A stretch of DNA of 64,000 nt from Heptranchias perlo (Eukaryota), in NCBI RefSeq assembly GCF_035084215.1, contig NC_090340.1, positions 48,298,001-48,362,000 of the forward strand, given 5' to 3'. The notes beneath the pieces were generated by a model. It saw only the letters and a program-made list of their open reading frames with translations. It was not told the origin of the DNA and did not search any database. Within the stretch, counting starts at the first letter, position 1. Each line of letters starts with the position of its first letter. This document shows, in pieces, positions 13,705 through 24,382 of the stretch. A program made the translations under genes and the position numbers.

Positions 13705-15420
13705 GGAATTGTTAGCAAAATTGAAGCTCATGGGATTAATGGGGCAGTTGCTGCTTGAATACGAAATTGGCTAAGGGACAGACAGCCGAGAGTAGTGGTG
13801 AATGGTTGTTTTACACACTGGAGGGAAGTGTGCAGTGGTGTCCCCCTGGTGTTGGGACCACTGCTCTTTTTGATATATATTAATGACCTGCATTTGGATA
13901 TGCAGGGCATAATTTCAAAGTTTGCAGATGACACGAAACTTGGAAATGTAGTAAATAGTGAGAAGGATAGTATCAGACTTCAGGAGGACATAGACAGACT
14001 GGTGAAATGGGCAGACATATGGCAGATGACATTTAATGCAGAGAAGTGTGAAGTGATTCATATTGTTCGGAACAATATAAACTAAATGGCACGATTTTAA
14101 AGGGGGTGCAGGAACAGAGAGACCTGGGGCATACTTCCACAAGTCTTTGAAGGTGGCAGGACAAGTTGAGAAGGCTGTTAAAAAGGCATACGGGATCTTC
14201 GGCTTTATAAATAGAGGCATAGAGTACAAAAGCAAGGAAGTTATGCTAAACATTTATAAAACAATGGTCAGCCCCCAGCTGGAGTATTGTGTCCAATCCT
14301 TTTTTTTAATTCATTCATGGGATGTGGGCGTCGCTGGCGAGGCCGGCATTTATTGCCCATCCCTAATTGCCCTTGAGAAGGTGGTGTCCGCTGCAGTCCG
14401 TGTGGTGACGGTTCTCCCACAGTGCTGTTAGGAAGGGAGTTCCAGGATTTTGACCCAGCGACGATGAAGGAACGGCGATATATTTCCAAGTCGGGATGGT
14501 GTGTGACTTGGAGGGGAACGTGCAGGTGGTGTTGTTCCCATGTGCCTGCTGCTCTTGTCCTTCTAGGTGGTAGAGGTCGCGGGTTTGGGAGGTGCTGTCC
14601 AAGAAGCCTTGGCGAGTTGCTGTAGTGCATCCTGTGGATGGTACACACTGCAGCCACTGTGCGCCGGTGGTGAAGGGAGTGAATGTTTAGGGTGGTGGAT
14701 GGGGTGCCAATCAAGCGGGCTGCTTTATCTTGGATGGTGTTGAGCTTCTTGAGTGTTGTTGGAGCTGCACTCATCCAAGCAAATGGAGAGTATTCCATCA
14801 CACTCCTGACTTGTGCCTTGTAGATGGTGGAAAGGCTTTGGGGAGTCAGGAGGCTACGAGAGCCAGCCTCTGACCTGCTCTCGTAGCCACAGTATTTATA
14901 TGGCACCACACTTTAGGAAGGGTGACAAAGCCTTAGATATGGTGCAGAGGAGATTTACTAGAATAGTACCAGGGATGAGGGACTTCAGTTACATGGAGAA
15001 ACCACAGAATCTGGGGTTGTTCTCCTTAGAACAGAGAAGGTTAAGGGCAGATTTGATAGACATGTTCAAAATCATGAAGGGTTTTGATAGAGTAAATAAG
15101 TAGAAACTGTTTCCAGTGGCAGTAGGGTTGGTAATCAGAGGACACAGGTTTAAGGTAATTGGCAAAAGAACCACAGGCGACATGAGGAAAAAAAATTTAT
15201 GCAGCGAATTGTAATGATCTGGAATGCACTGCCTGAAAGAGTGGTGAAAGCAGATTCAATAACAACTTTCAAAAGGGAATTGGATAAATATTTGAAGGAG
15301 GAAAATTTGCAAGGCCATGGGGAAAAAGCAGTGGGTCCAATAGGATAGTTCTTTCAAAGAGCCAACACAGGCACGATGGGCCAAACAGCCTTCTTCTGTG
15401 CTGTATTATTCTATGATTCA
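13705..15420 (+). mobile_element. CR1 LINE 3' half (RT to 3' tail), interrupted at 14299-14900
   Basis: Peptides SGVP..VLGPLLFLIYINDL, SKFADDTKLG and FSLEQRRLRADL; frameshifted; CR1 tail ATTCTATGATTC. Confidence 0.92.
14299..14900 (-). mobile_element. Second CR1-clade LINE family, 3' fragment nested in CR1
   Basis: IYKAQVRSVMEYSPFAWMSAAPTTLKKLNTIQDKAARLIG...KSWNSLPNS; A-rich tail at 14299. The host reads through once it is removed (GTGTCCAAT|TGGCACCACAC). Confidence 0.9.
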
Positions 15421-15492
15421 ATAATTCTACACCCTGACAGAGGTAGTGACCACTTGGATTTGACAGCACAGGGAGTACAACTTCAATGCAAT

Positions 15493-15625
15493 TCATTCCT
15501 GGGATATTGGCATCGCTAGCTAGGCCAGCATTTATTGCCCAGCCCTAGTTGCTCTTGACAAGGTGGTGGTGACCCTTCTTCTTGAACCGCTGCAGTCCAT
15601 GTGGCAAAAGTACTCTCACAATTCG
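15493..15625 (-). mobile_element. 3' tail fragment of the second CR1-clade family
   Basis: CATTCCTGGGAT...GGCCAGCATTTATTGCCC...CTTGAACCGCTGCAGTCC matches 14310-14400 and 33635-33740. Confidence 0.7.
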
Positions 15626-17274
15626 GGTATTGCTAAATTGTCTTATTGCTAAAGAGAAGTATCAGCTTCAGAGCATTCCTTCCAATCTCTGCAATGTTGG
15701 AAACCCAGAGGGTTTTTTTTACACAAAGGCAATACATTAGAAGAACAGATAATAATACCAGGCAGACGATCCTAAGATTTTATGTGAAATCTCCCTGTAT
15801 TTTTTAGAGAAAGATAGTCATCACTTACATTGGGTGGAACCTAGAGCATCCCATTAAAAATATGATATAGCAAGCACTAACATAGAGGCAAGTATGACTT
15901 TGAGACTGGTAGTTGAGGTCAGCCAAATTAACAAAATTTGGCAATTTCAGTCAGAGAGGTCAAAAGGATGACAAGTGCAGAAAATGAGAATGACACACTA
16001 ATGCAGTAGGGATGCTCTTTGGTGTCATCTGGATTGTTGGATTTTACTTGGGAGTAAGACACTGCATGCTGAAAGTGTAAAGTGCCACCTCTCTCACATT
16101 TACCGGGATGAAAATGTATCCCAAACCACAAATTTTAAAAAATGAAAAAAATATGTGAAGATGTTTCTGAGATTTGTTATACATTGTTGAACTTTAAAGG
16201 ATTCTCACATGATCTGCTGCTGTTGAGAACCTGTTTAAATTCTACTTTTTAAGTACTTCAAGGTGTTCCAAATAGATATGTAATGAATGCCATGCCCTAC
16301 CTTACTGAATACATGATTTTCCCAAGTGCCATAATAATATTGTCATTAGATTTTAGCACAATATTACCAATACACTGTAGAAAATAAAACGTCATTGATT
16401 TAATGATAATTGATTAACAAAATATATTTTTTTCAACTAAATATGAAAGTAAACTAAATTCAGATTGGTTATTATGGAAAAAGGATAGCGATTGAATAAT
16501 TTCTGTTATTTATAATTTAAGATTTTTATTGATAGCTAAAAGAAATTTACTTAAAAAAGGAGTTGAGAATTTACCATTTACAAAGGCCTCATTGGTTCAT
16601 CTTGGGCCATATAATCCGTGCAAATTAATCTGGCCACACTTTATCAAAATTCATTAATTAGTAATCAGAAAATATATTTGATTTGTATGTGACAACATGG
16701 ATATACATTAACAAACAAGAACCAGATAATGAGATCCGCAATGATCATTCTTAATGAAATGGAGAATCACCAGCAATATCTCTTGTAGAAAATCAACAGC
16801 TTACATTTGTATAACAGTCCTCGCACAGGAGAATGTCTTCAAGTACTTTACAAGGGGCATAGTTAGACACAGCAGGAAGTAAAGGAAATTATGGAAGGGG
16901 GGTGGAGGACTTAAGGTATAGATCACAAGGTGCATTTTAAGGATTGTTTGGGCATCTCCAGGAATGGAAGTTGAATCTCCCAGGCACTGCTGCTAGCAAC
17001 CCGGAAGAAAAGTACAGCATCACCCTTATGATTTGTGTACTTCCTTTGCCTGCTCGCCATCGGCCTTCTGGTTCTCAGAACTTCTTACAGGATGCCTGCT
17101 GGCAATAAAACCTTGAGAAAAGACAACAGGGGACTCAACCTTCATTACGTAAATGCAGTAACATTTACAAACTGTGGGCATGTGTCATGTGATCAGATGT
17201 CACCTGATGAACCCTCCAGGGATACATTCAATGGGAGTTGGCATCCCTAACACGGAGCCAGTGGAGTATGGCAA

Positions 17275-17870
17275 TGACTTGCATTTATATAGCGCCTTTC
17301 ACGACCTCAGGACGTCCCAAAGCACTTTACAGCCAATGGGGGATGAAGAAAATACGAGCCTTTTTGCGGGAGAGGATTGGATCCCAGAGTTCAGGATTAA
17401 CTGAATTTTATGATGGGGGGAGGCAGTGACATCAGCATATGAGCGTTTGAAAAAATCAATCCTCAGAATGATGAAGGAAGGTTAAAGATTTCAACAGGGG
17501 CAGGAGTACGATAGAGGCACAAGCAGGCATAATTCCAGAAGTAGAAGTGGGCAGTCTTGGTGATGGAACAGATTGGGGTAAAAAGTTCAGTTCAGGATTG
17601 AACAAAATACCAAGGCTGCAAGTTTACTGGGTTCAGCCTGATGGGGCAGCCAGTAAAGTTGATGAAGTCAGTGCCGGAAGCACGCAAATAATGGTGAGAG
17701 CTAAGCAGGGCGACTGCAGTTTTGCTGATGTAGAGTTATAGGAAATTTCGTCTCATCCAGAACTTGACGTCAGATAGAAAATCAGATAGTACAGCAACAG
17801 CGCTGGAGTCAATGATGATGGCAGGAAATGAGAGTTGTGTACCATCAGTGTGCAAGTGAAAGTTGACCTT
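17275..17870 (-). mobile_element. L2/SINE tail followed by a degenerate L2 LINE fragment
   Basis: ACTTGCATTTATATAGCGCCTTTCACGACCTCAGGACGTCCCAAAGCACTTTACA tail, then decayed L2-like sequence; right boundary uncertain. Confidence 0.5.
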
Positions 17871-18289
17871 GTGTTTGCAAAACTGAAGCAGTTACAATGA
17901 CCTCATCAGCAAACTCACTTGGTTGAGTTACTGATCCTGTCTGTGTAAGAGAGGACAATGTGCATAGCTGAAATTCCCTGGATTAATATTTGCTAATGTT
18001 AATTAACCTCTCCTCATATTGTCAAGGACCCCCAGTCAGTTTGTACAATAATGCCACCAACAAAAATATTCAAAATAGACAGATAATATAAAAATAAACA
18101 GGAACACATCAAAGGATATTAAAGTTAATCATTTTAACTGTTTACTTTTTAGCAAGAACACTTTTGTGAAGCACTTTGATATCAATGCCCTGATTTGTGC
18201 CTGCTGTGCTCAATTCATCCTCCTTCACTGAGGCAGCTCAACATTGACCTTCATGGGGGTCTCTTCTGGCCCAGCTAATAGAATGTATT

Positions 18290-19036
18290 GGGCCAAATTT
18301 TGCTCTGAAAATAACTGCAAGGCTAACAGGGCTCACTGTTATTTCTGTGCATCTGGTACAACAACTTCTGGCGACCGCACATACGCAGTCAAACGCAGAA
18401 ATTTGGACGTTGCTCTACTAAATGCCCTGCTCCTTCGTGAACTCCGCGAGAACATCTCGCCGGCTGACTCACCATTCAAATGAACAGAACGGCATGAAGT
18501 TCCTGCACTGTCCTGATGGATACAAACTAATCTATATCAAGTTATTCAAGTCTCAGCATACTTTTAATGGCATGGTAAGTCTCAATGACTGCCAAACAAC
18601 CTCCCTGGCACTGAAAATTAACTTTTCAAGTGTGGAGTTTCATTCCTTCAGATTTAATTGTGGTTAGACATTTAAGAAACAAATTAATTTTAATTTTATT
18701 ACTTTTTCTTTCTGACTCTTAATTCAATATTTCTTTCCCTCTCTTTATTTCAATTTCTGTACCTGATCTGACATTGAGTTCACTATACTAACTTACACTT
18801 CCTGGTTCTGACTTTTCGCTGCTTATTAACATGCTTTAACCTGATTGGTTAAGGAGATAGACAGTTGCTTGCCCCATTCACACAGGTCCCAGATGCCCTG
18901 TAGAGGGCACCGTGTTGGATTCAGCACCGGATGAGAGGAACTTGCCGTGAAAAGAAACAAGAAAAGTTTATGGGTAAGTGCAAGTCTAATGAGCGGTGGG
19001 CACGTTTCGTTCGCAACTCAGAGCAAAATCCAGCCC
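18290..19036. mobile_element. MITE family B copy
   Basis: TIR GGGCCAAATTTTGCTCTGA / TCAGAGCAAAATCCAGCCC; interior is an inverted homolog of parts of 2926-3723 and 31870-32579. Confidence 0.8.
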
Positions 19037-19723
19037 AATGTTGCTGGTGGTTGATGGATGGATGAAAGGCGAACTAAACTGGAACACGCACTTGTCACAT
19101 TCACCAGCAGATGGGAAATTTTTCTTAGAAATTGCCGCGGACTTTATTTTGTAATGAATGTGACTGAATTGAAGACTAGAGCAAAATTCCTTTTATCTTT
19201 AAACAGTAAACTCAACTCGTGAAATGCGCCACAAAGCAATTACAGAAAGGAGCAGGTGAGTAGGGAAGCCTTGTAAAGTCATTTGTAAGAGATGTATATA
19301 TGATGACATATCATGTTAATTTTCTACATCGTTTTCCACCATGTGGGATCGTTCTTCATACTCAGACTAAGTCGATTTGATCTTGTCATCATACTTAAAG
19401 CACAGGCCTGGAATGAGATAGCAATCCGAAAGAGTGGTACTGGAACGATTGTGCCCTATTGTAGGAAGTAGATCCTAATATTAAGCATCACTACCTCGAC
19501 TCAATTCCAGGTTTTTAAAGTTGGGGTTTCCTTGTCATTTCTTACGAAGGATTTACAGGACAACGTAGCCTGTTTTCTTTATCTATTTTCAGATGCTGAC
19601 AGGCCTGTCGTATAATTCTGGCATTTCTGCTTTTATTTTGGATTTTACTTGTTCTGCATGTCCTAAAACATCAATCCGATCTGAAACATAACGGTGGGGT
19701 GTTCGCAGCTTAATATATTTTAA

Positions 19724-20212
19724 TTTTAGGAAGGATGTCAAGTACTTGGAGAGGGCGCAGAGGAGATTTACTAGAATAGTACCAGGGATGAGGGACTTCA
19801 GTTATGTGGCGAGATTAGAGAAGCTGGGGTTGTTCTTCCTAGAGCAGAGAAGGTTATGGTTAAGGAAGATTTAATACAGGTGTTCAAAATTATGACAGGT
19901 TTTGATAGAGTAAATAAGAAGAAACTGTTTCCACTGGCAGAAGGGTCAGTAACCAGAGGACACAGATTTAAGGTAAGTGACAAAAGAACCAGAGGGGAGC
20001 TGAAGAGAATTTTTTTTACAAGGAGTTGTTATGCACTGCCTGAAAGTGTGGTGGAAGCAGATTCAGTAGTAACTTTCAAAAGGGAATTTGATATATACTC
20101 GAAAAGGAAACATTTGTAGGGCTACGGCGAAACAGCAGGAGAGTGAGACTAATTTGATATCTGTCAAAGAGCTGGGCCGAAAGGCTTCGTTCTGTGTTGT
20201 ATGATTCTATGA
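19724..20212 (+). mobile_element. CR1 LINE 3' fragment
   Basis: DLIQVFKIMTGFDRVNKKKLFPLAEGSVTRGHRFKV plus the CR1 tail. Confidence 0.88.
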
Positions 20213-20512
20213 ATCATCCTTCGGAGCATCATTTCACACATTGCATTGCAATTGTTTAATGGAAAAGTCAATTGGGCTTGTTTTAATCACAATGTAAAGT
20301 TTCATTAAATTATGTCTAAACGAATCTCAAAGACATCATGGAGTAGTAACAGTAGACTTGGGTGCGAAAGAAATCCATAGCATTATGGAGTTATAGCTGG
20401 AAGTGGTATATTCATTAAACTCTAGTCAAAATTAAACAAATGTCACGAGAAGTAGACCCAACCTCACGTCAGCAGTCAGACATAGCGGAAGGTCCTTATA
20501 TTTGCCACCTAC

Positions 20513-20597
20513 CTTTTTCCAGCAGAACTTTAACTGTCCCCGACCCGACGGTGCCGGCTCCCCCCAGCACAAGTACCGTGCGATCAGCTGCAGACAT
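20513..20597 (-). CDS. SDR-family oxidoreductase-like gene, first coding exon (MSAADRTVLVLGGAGTVGSGTVKVLLEK)
   Basis: ATG at 20597; glycine-rich nucleotide-binding motif GGAGTVG; donor AAG|gtaggt; 85 nt, phase 1, joins exon 2 in frame. Too short for the supplied ORF track. Confidence 0.88.
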
Positions 20598-20639
20598 CCT
20601 GGTCACAGAGAGAGAAGAGTTTGGAGTGTCAAGTGAAAT

Positions 20640-20760
20640 GGACTAAAATTGACACAGCCACGAATAAGGAGCAGCGACGGATCTTATACCGGACTGCGAG
20701 GAGCGGTCCGCCCCATGGGCACAAGGCTCCGCCCTCCCTGCCACACTGACACGTTCAGCA
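20640..20760 (-). promoter_or_regulatory. CpG-rich, GC-box promoter-like region upstream of the SDR gene
   Basis: Local CpG enrichment outside any recognised repeat, with CCGCCC boxes (TCCGCCCC ~20707, TCCGCCCTCCC ~20728). Confidence 0.5.
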
Positions 20761-21379
20761 CAATCCCCTCATACTGTACTCCACCACTGAGCCTTACATT
20801 GGCAAAGAAAAAAGTGATTCGGAGAAGCTTCGCATGACGGAATCTCAGAAACAAGGTGAAGCTAACTCTCACATTAACCCATCAGTAGTTTGTAGATATA
20901 CCTCTCCATATTAATGAGAGTGATAACGCCGCATTAAAGCTGTGTATATTACATGGTAATATTTTGGAACTGCTGTTCCCCTTCCCATCCGAAAACTAAA
21001 TAAACAGAATGTTTAGGATTACAAACGCTTAAACACTCGTTTGGAAATACTGTTGTCAAAATGAAATCTTGGAGAATTACTGACTGAGCGCTGGTGCTAG
21101 CGAGTCCGAATTCTTAGCCGGAGTAAAGATTTTGAGATTGCCCTAACTTGTAAATTTCAGCTAACTTCTTCATGCTGGATGAAGAAACCCAGTTTGACAA
21201 GCATGTGAGCCGTCATTTTTCAATCTTCCTTCCCTACACAGTCTGCAGTCTTTTAAAACCAAACTTGGGCGTCTCCTAATTACGACTACTTGGTTCATTT
21301 TGGTGTTCAGTCTTATTCTTTTCAACTTTGGTAATGTGGTCTTTGGCACAGAATATTTTATCAACTCTGCTTCAATAAT

Positions 21380-21555
21380 GGTTTGTGCAGAGAATTCCAA
21401 ATTCTACCTACCTTCTGGGTGAAGACATTTGTTCCAACTTCCCCTTTAATCCTTTTCATGATTGTCATAAAATTCTATCCCTTGTTACTGCTTCACTGGC
21501 CAGTGAAAACAATGGATCACGATTTATCTTATCACACTTCATAATCTTGAAGCGC
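21380..21555 (-). mobile_element. Old CR1 3' fragment
   Basis: GCAGAGAATTCCAAATTC...TGGGTGAAGACATTT...CTTCATAATCTTGAA resembles the reverse complement of the other CR1 3' regions. Confidence 0.5.
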
Positions 21556-21691
21556 TCAGGGTTGCAATTATGTCATTGCATCACTGATCACGCGTTGTGC
21601 TGCAGATTTAGTATGTTATCTTAATTAAAAATCAAGATAAAAATATCATACCAACATTTTTATAAATGTGCTCTGCAGCGTCTGTTAGTGT

Positions 21692-22112
21692 ATCCAACAT
21701 GATGGTGTGGCAGCAGATAATGACACTGTTGTTCTGTGAGCTTGCCCTGGCATCATCGGGAAAGCATATAGCTTTTGCTTGGCATTAATATGGTGGCAAG
21801 CCAACAGGTATAGCTACTGTTGCAGCTTGAAGCTACCATCACACCAACACCATGGCACAACAGCAGGTATAGCTCCTGTTGCAACGTGAGGTTGCCGTGC
21901 TATCAACACGGTATTGCAGCAAATGTCTTGGTTGCACATATAACATAATGCTGCTATGTGAGCTTGCCCCTGCATCAACATGGTAGCATGGCAGCAGGCA
22001 TAGTTACTATTGCATGAGCTTGTCATGGCATTAACACAGTGATATAGCGGCACATATAGCTTTTGGTAGTGTGAACTTGCTTTCGCCATCAGAATGGTTA
22101 TTTGGTAGCACA
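21692..22112. repeat. Degenerate tandem array, ~59-bp unit, about 7-8 copies
   Basis: Recurring CATCAACATGG...CAGCAGGTATAGCTACTGTTGC...TGTGAGCTTGCC motifs at ~57-60 bp spacing. Confidence 0.75.
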
Positions 22113-23769
22113 ATTTGGAGCGGATTGAATCTGGTTGCTCAAGGAACTAAATCTGTCTAAAAACTCCCTGGTGAGGCAGTAATGCCTGTTTAAATTATTT
22201 ATTTTGGCAAGCAGCCCCTATTCAGTAGTATGTAGGTGTGTTATAACTCTTCATAATGGCATTCGTAAGATACAACACAACTACCAAATGCTTTCCTTAA
22301 TTTGAGCTTAATACGTAAATCTCTATATCTGAAACCTCTCTTGGTCTGCATAGCATGTAACCAAAACTTTAAATAGCATAGATGAAAGAAAATGAGAGGC
22401 AAGAGAAAATGACAAACTGAAAGGAAGAAGTAAAGAAATTCAAGATGAAGAAGTAAAAAAAAATAAGGACACATACTGAACTTTCTTAAGTTTCTTTCCT
22501 CATGTCCCAAGTTCTCTTCCCCCTCCATGTGACAAAAAAACAATATTTTCAATATTAGCTAATACTCAGCAATAATGGAAAAAGTCCATAAAAACTGGCC
22601 AGTTTATAATATTACATGTGTTACCACTCATACCACAGAACAAAAGGGAATCCATGGAGAAACCTTTTAAATTAGGTAGTTGCTTTGTAAGGGAGTGATA
22701 ACACTTATCTGCGCACATACCTTCCCCTTTAAGGGAAACTCTAGGCCCCAATCAACTTACATTTAATAAAGGAGAAATTCCTCCAGAATGCAATTCTGAG
22801 AGCAGATTATTTTGATCATTTCATCCACAGGAGGAAAAATCAATTCTCAAATTTGACCTTTCCAATTGCAGAGAGCACGCACTGAATGCTGGGAAGAGGC
22901 TGCCAAAAAACTTAAATCACCAGATCATGTTATCATGCTGCAGATGGGAACAAGGAGGTTAAAAGAATTACTAGGAACTATTGTCACCAGTTCATGATAT
23001 CGTGCCACTTGTTGCTGGCAGAGATTCCATGGAAATCTTGGAATTTTGTATGTTTTAAGATCATTTTTTTCACTGGCTGGAGTGCAGTATAATTATTAAC
23101 ACACCCAAACGTCTGTTTTGATTTAATCACTAACAGGAAAACATGTTTTTATGAATTTGAACTGTATGGGGAAAAAGAATGCAAGTATAAACTAAACAAT
23201 GGAAAATTTATTGCACAAAATGAATGGAATGCATGTACTTCAGTCTTCGTAACAAGTCAGAATTTGTAAGATATGTGACTATTTTGGTGATCCAATAGTT
23301 CTGATGGTAGAGCACAAGTGTCCTAGAGAATCTGTATCCCAGGGTCGACTGGCATCTAAACTTGGATATGATCTTTGAAATTGATTTGAACTTATTTCGC
23401 CTGGCGGTAATGGGGCTGGAACGGCCTCAAAATGGGGTCGGTAGCCTTACCGCACCATTAACACCAACGATGTGACCATTTTGAAAGGGGCCTACTGCTG
23501 GGCGTCCAAAGCGCCTGCCTGTTTCAGGCGATAGGCCCTTTTAATATGCTGAAATTTTAGGTAGAACTGGTTGGAGCATGTGCCCTGCTATTTTCACACT
23601 ACTTCAGCTTCACACAGGGTGTAGTATAACTGCAACTAGTGCAAAATCAACTTTTTGAACTTTAAAACTGAAATGTAAAAATAGCTCCAATGATCCATTC
23701 AGGCGCCTTTGAGTTTTTAGTATTAGAAAACAACTGACAGTTCAAGACTAAGGAGTAAAGCTCGACACT

Positions 23770-24382
23770 AGTGTACTATGTTCAGTTTTGGGCACCAAAA
23801 CTCAGGAATGATATATTGGCCTTGGAAGGGTACAGTGCAGATTCATCAGAACGATACCGGAGTTTAAAGGATTAAATTATAAGGACAGGTTTGCATGAAC
23901 ATGGCTTGTATTCCCTTGAGTTTGAGGGGTGATCTAATCGAGTTATTTAAAATGATTAAGAGATTCGATAGGGTAGATACAGATAAACTATTTCCTTTGG
24001 TGGGGGAATCCAGAACAAGAGGGCAAAATCTTAAAATTAGAGCTGGCCCATTTAGGAGTGATATCAGGAGCACTTTTTCACACAAATGTTGGTGGAAATC
24101 TGGAACTCGCTCTCCCAAAAGGCTGTGGATGCTGGGTCAATTGAAGTTTTCAAGACTGAGATCTATAGATTTTTGTTAGGTAAGGGTTTCAAGGGATATG
24201 GAACACAGGTGGCTAAATGGAGTTGAGGTACAGATCAGCCATGATCTAATTGAATGGCAGAACAAGCTCAAGGGGCTAAATGGCCTACTCCTGTTCCTCT
24301 GTAACAGGCTTGAGGGGCTAAATGGCCATTCCTCTTCATATGTAAACAGGCTTGAGGGGCTGAATGGCCTTCTCCTATGTAC
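23770..24382 (+). mobile_element. CR1 LINE 3' fragment with triplicated tail segment
   Basis: LRGDLIELFKMIKRFDRVDTDKLFPLVGESRTRGQNLKIR; three ~41-bp tail copies at 24261-24382. Confidence 0.88.

Noticed and set aside
19480-19500. GAGGTAGT on the minus strand resembling a let-7 seed
   Set aside because: The rest of the mature sequence does not match let-7 and no pre-miRNA hairpin is evident.
21170-21400. Basic 76-aa minus-strand ORF as a terminal exon
   Set aside because: It starts inside a CR1 relic, has only a weak internal acceptor and no recognisable homology.
21692-22112. CRISPR-like reading of the hairpin-containing periodic array
   Set aside because: Whole units are homologous with no unique spacers, the repeats are highly diverged, there are no cas genes and the context is vertebrate.
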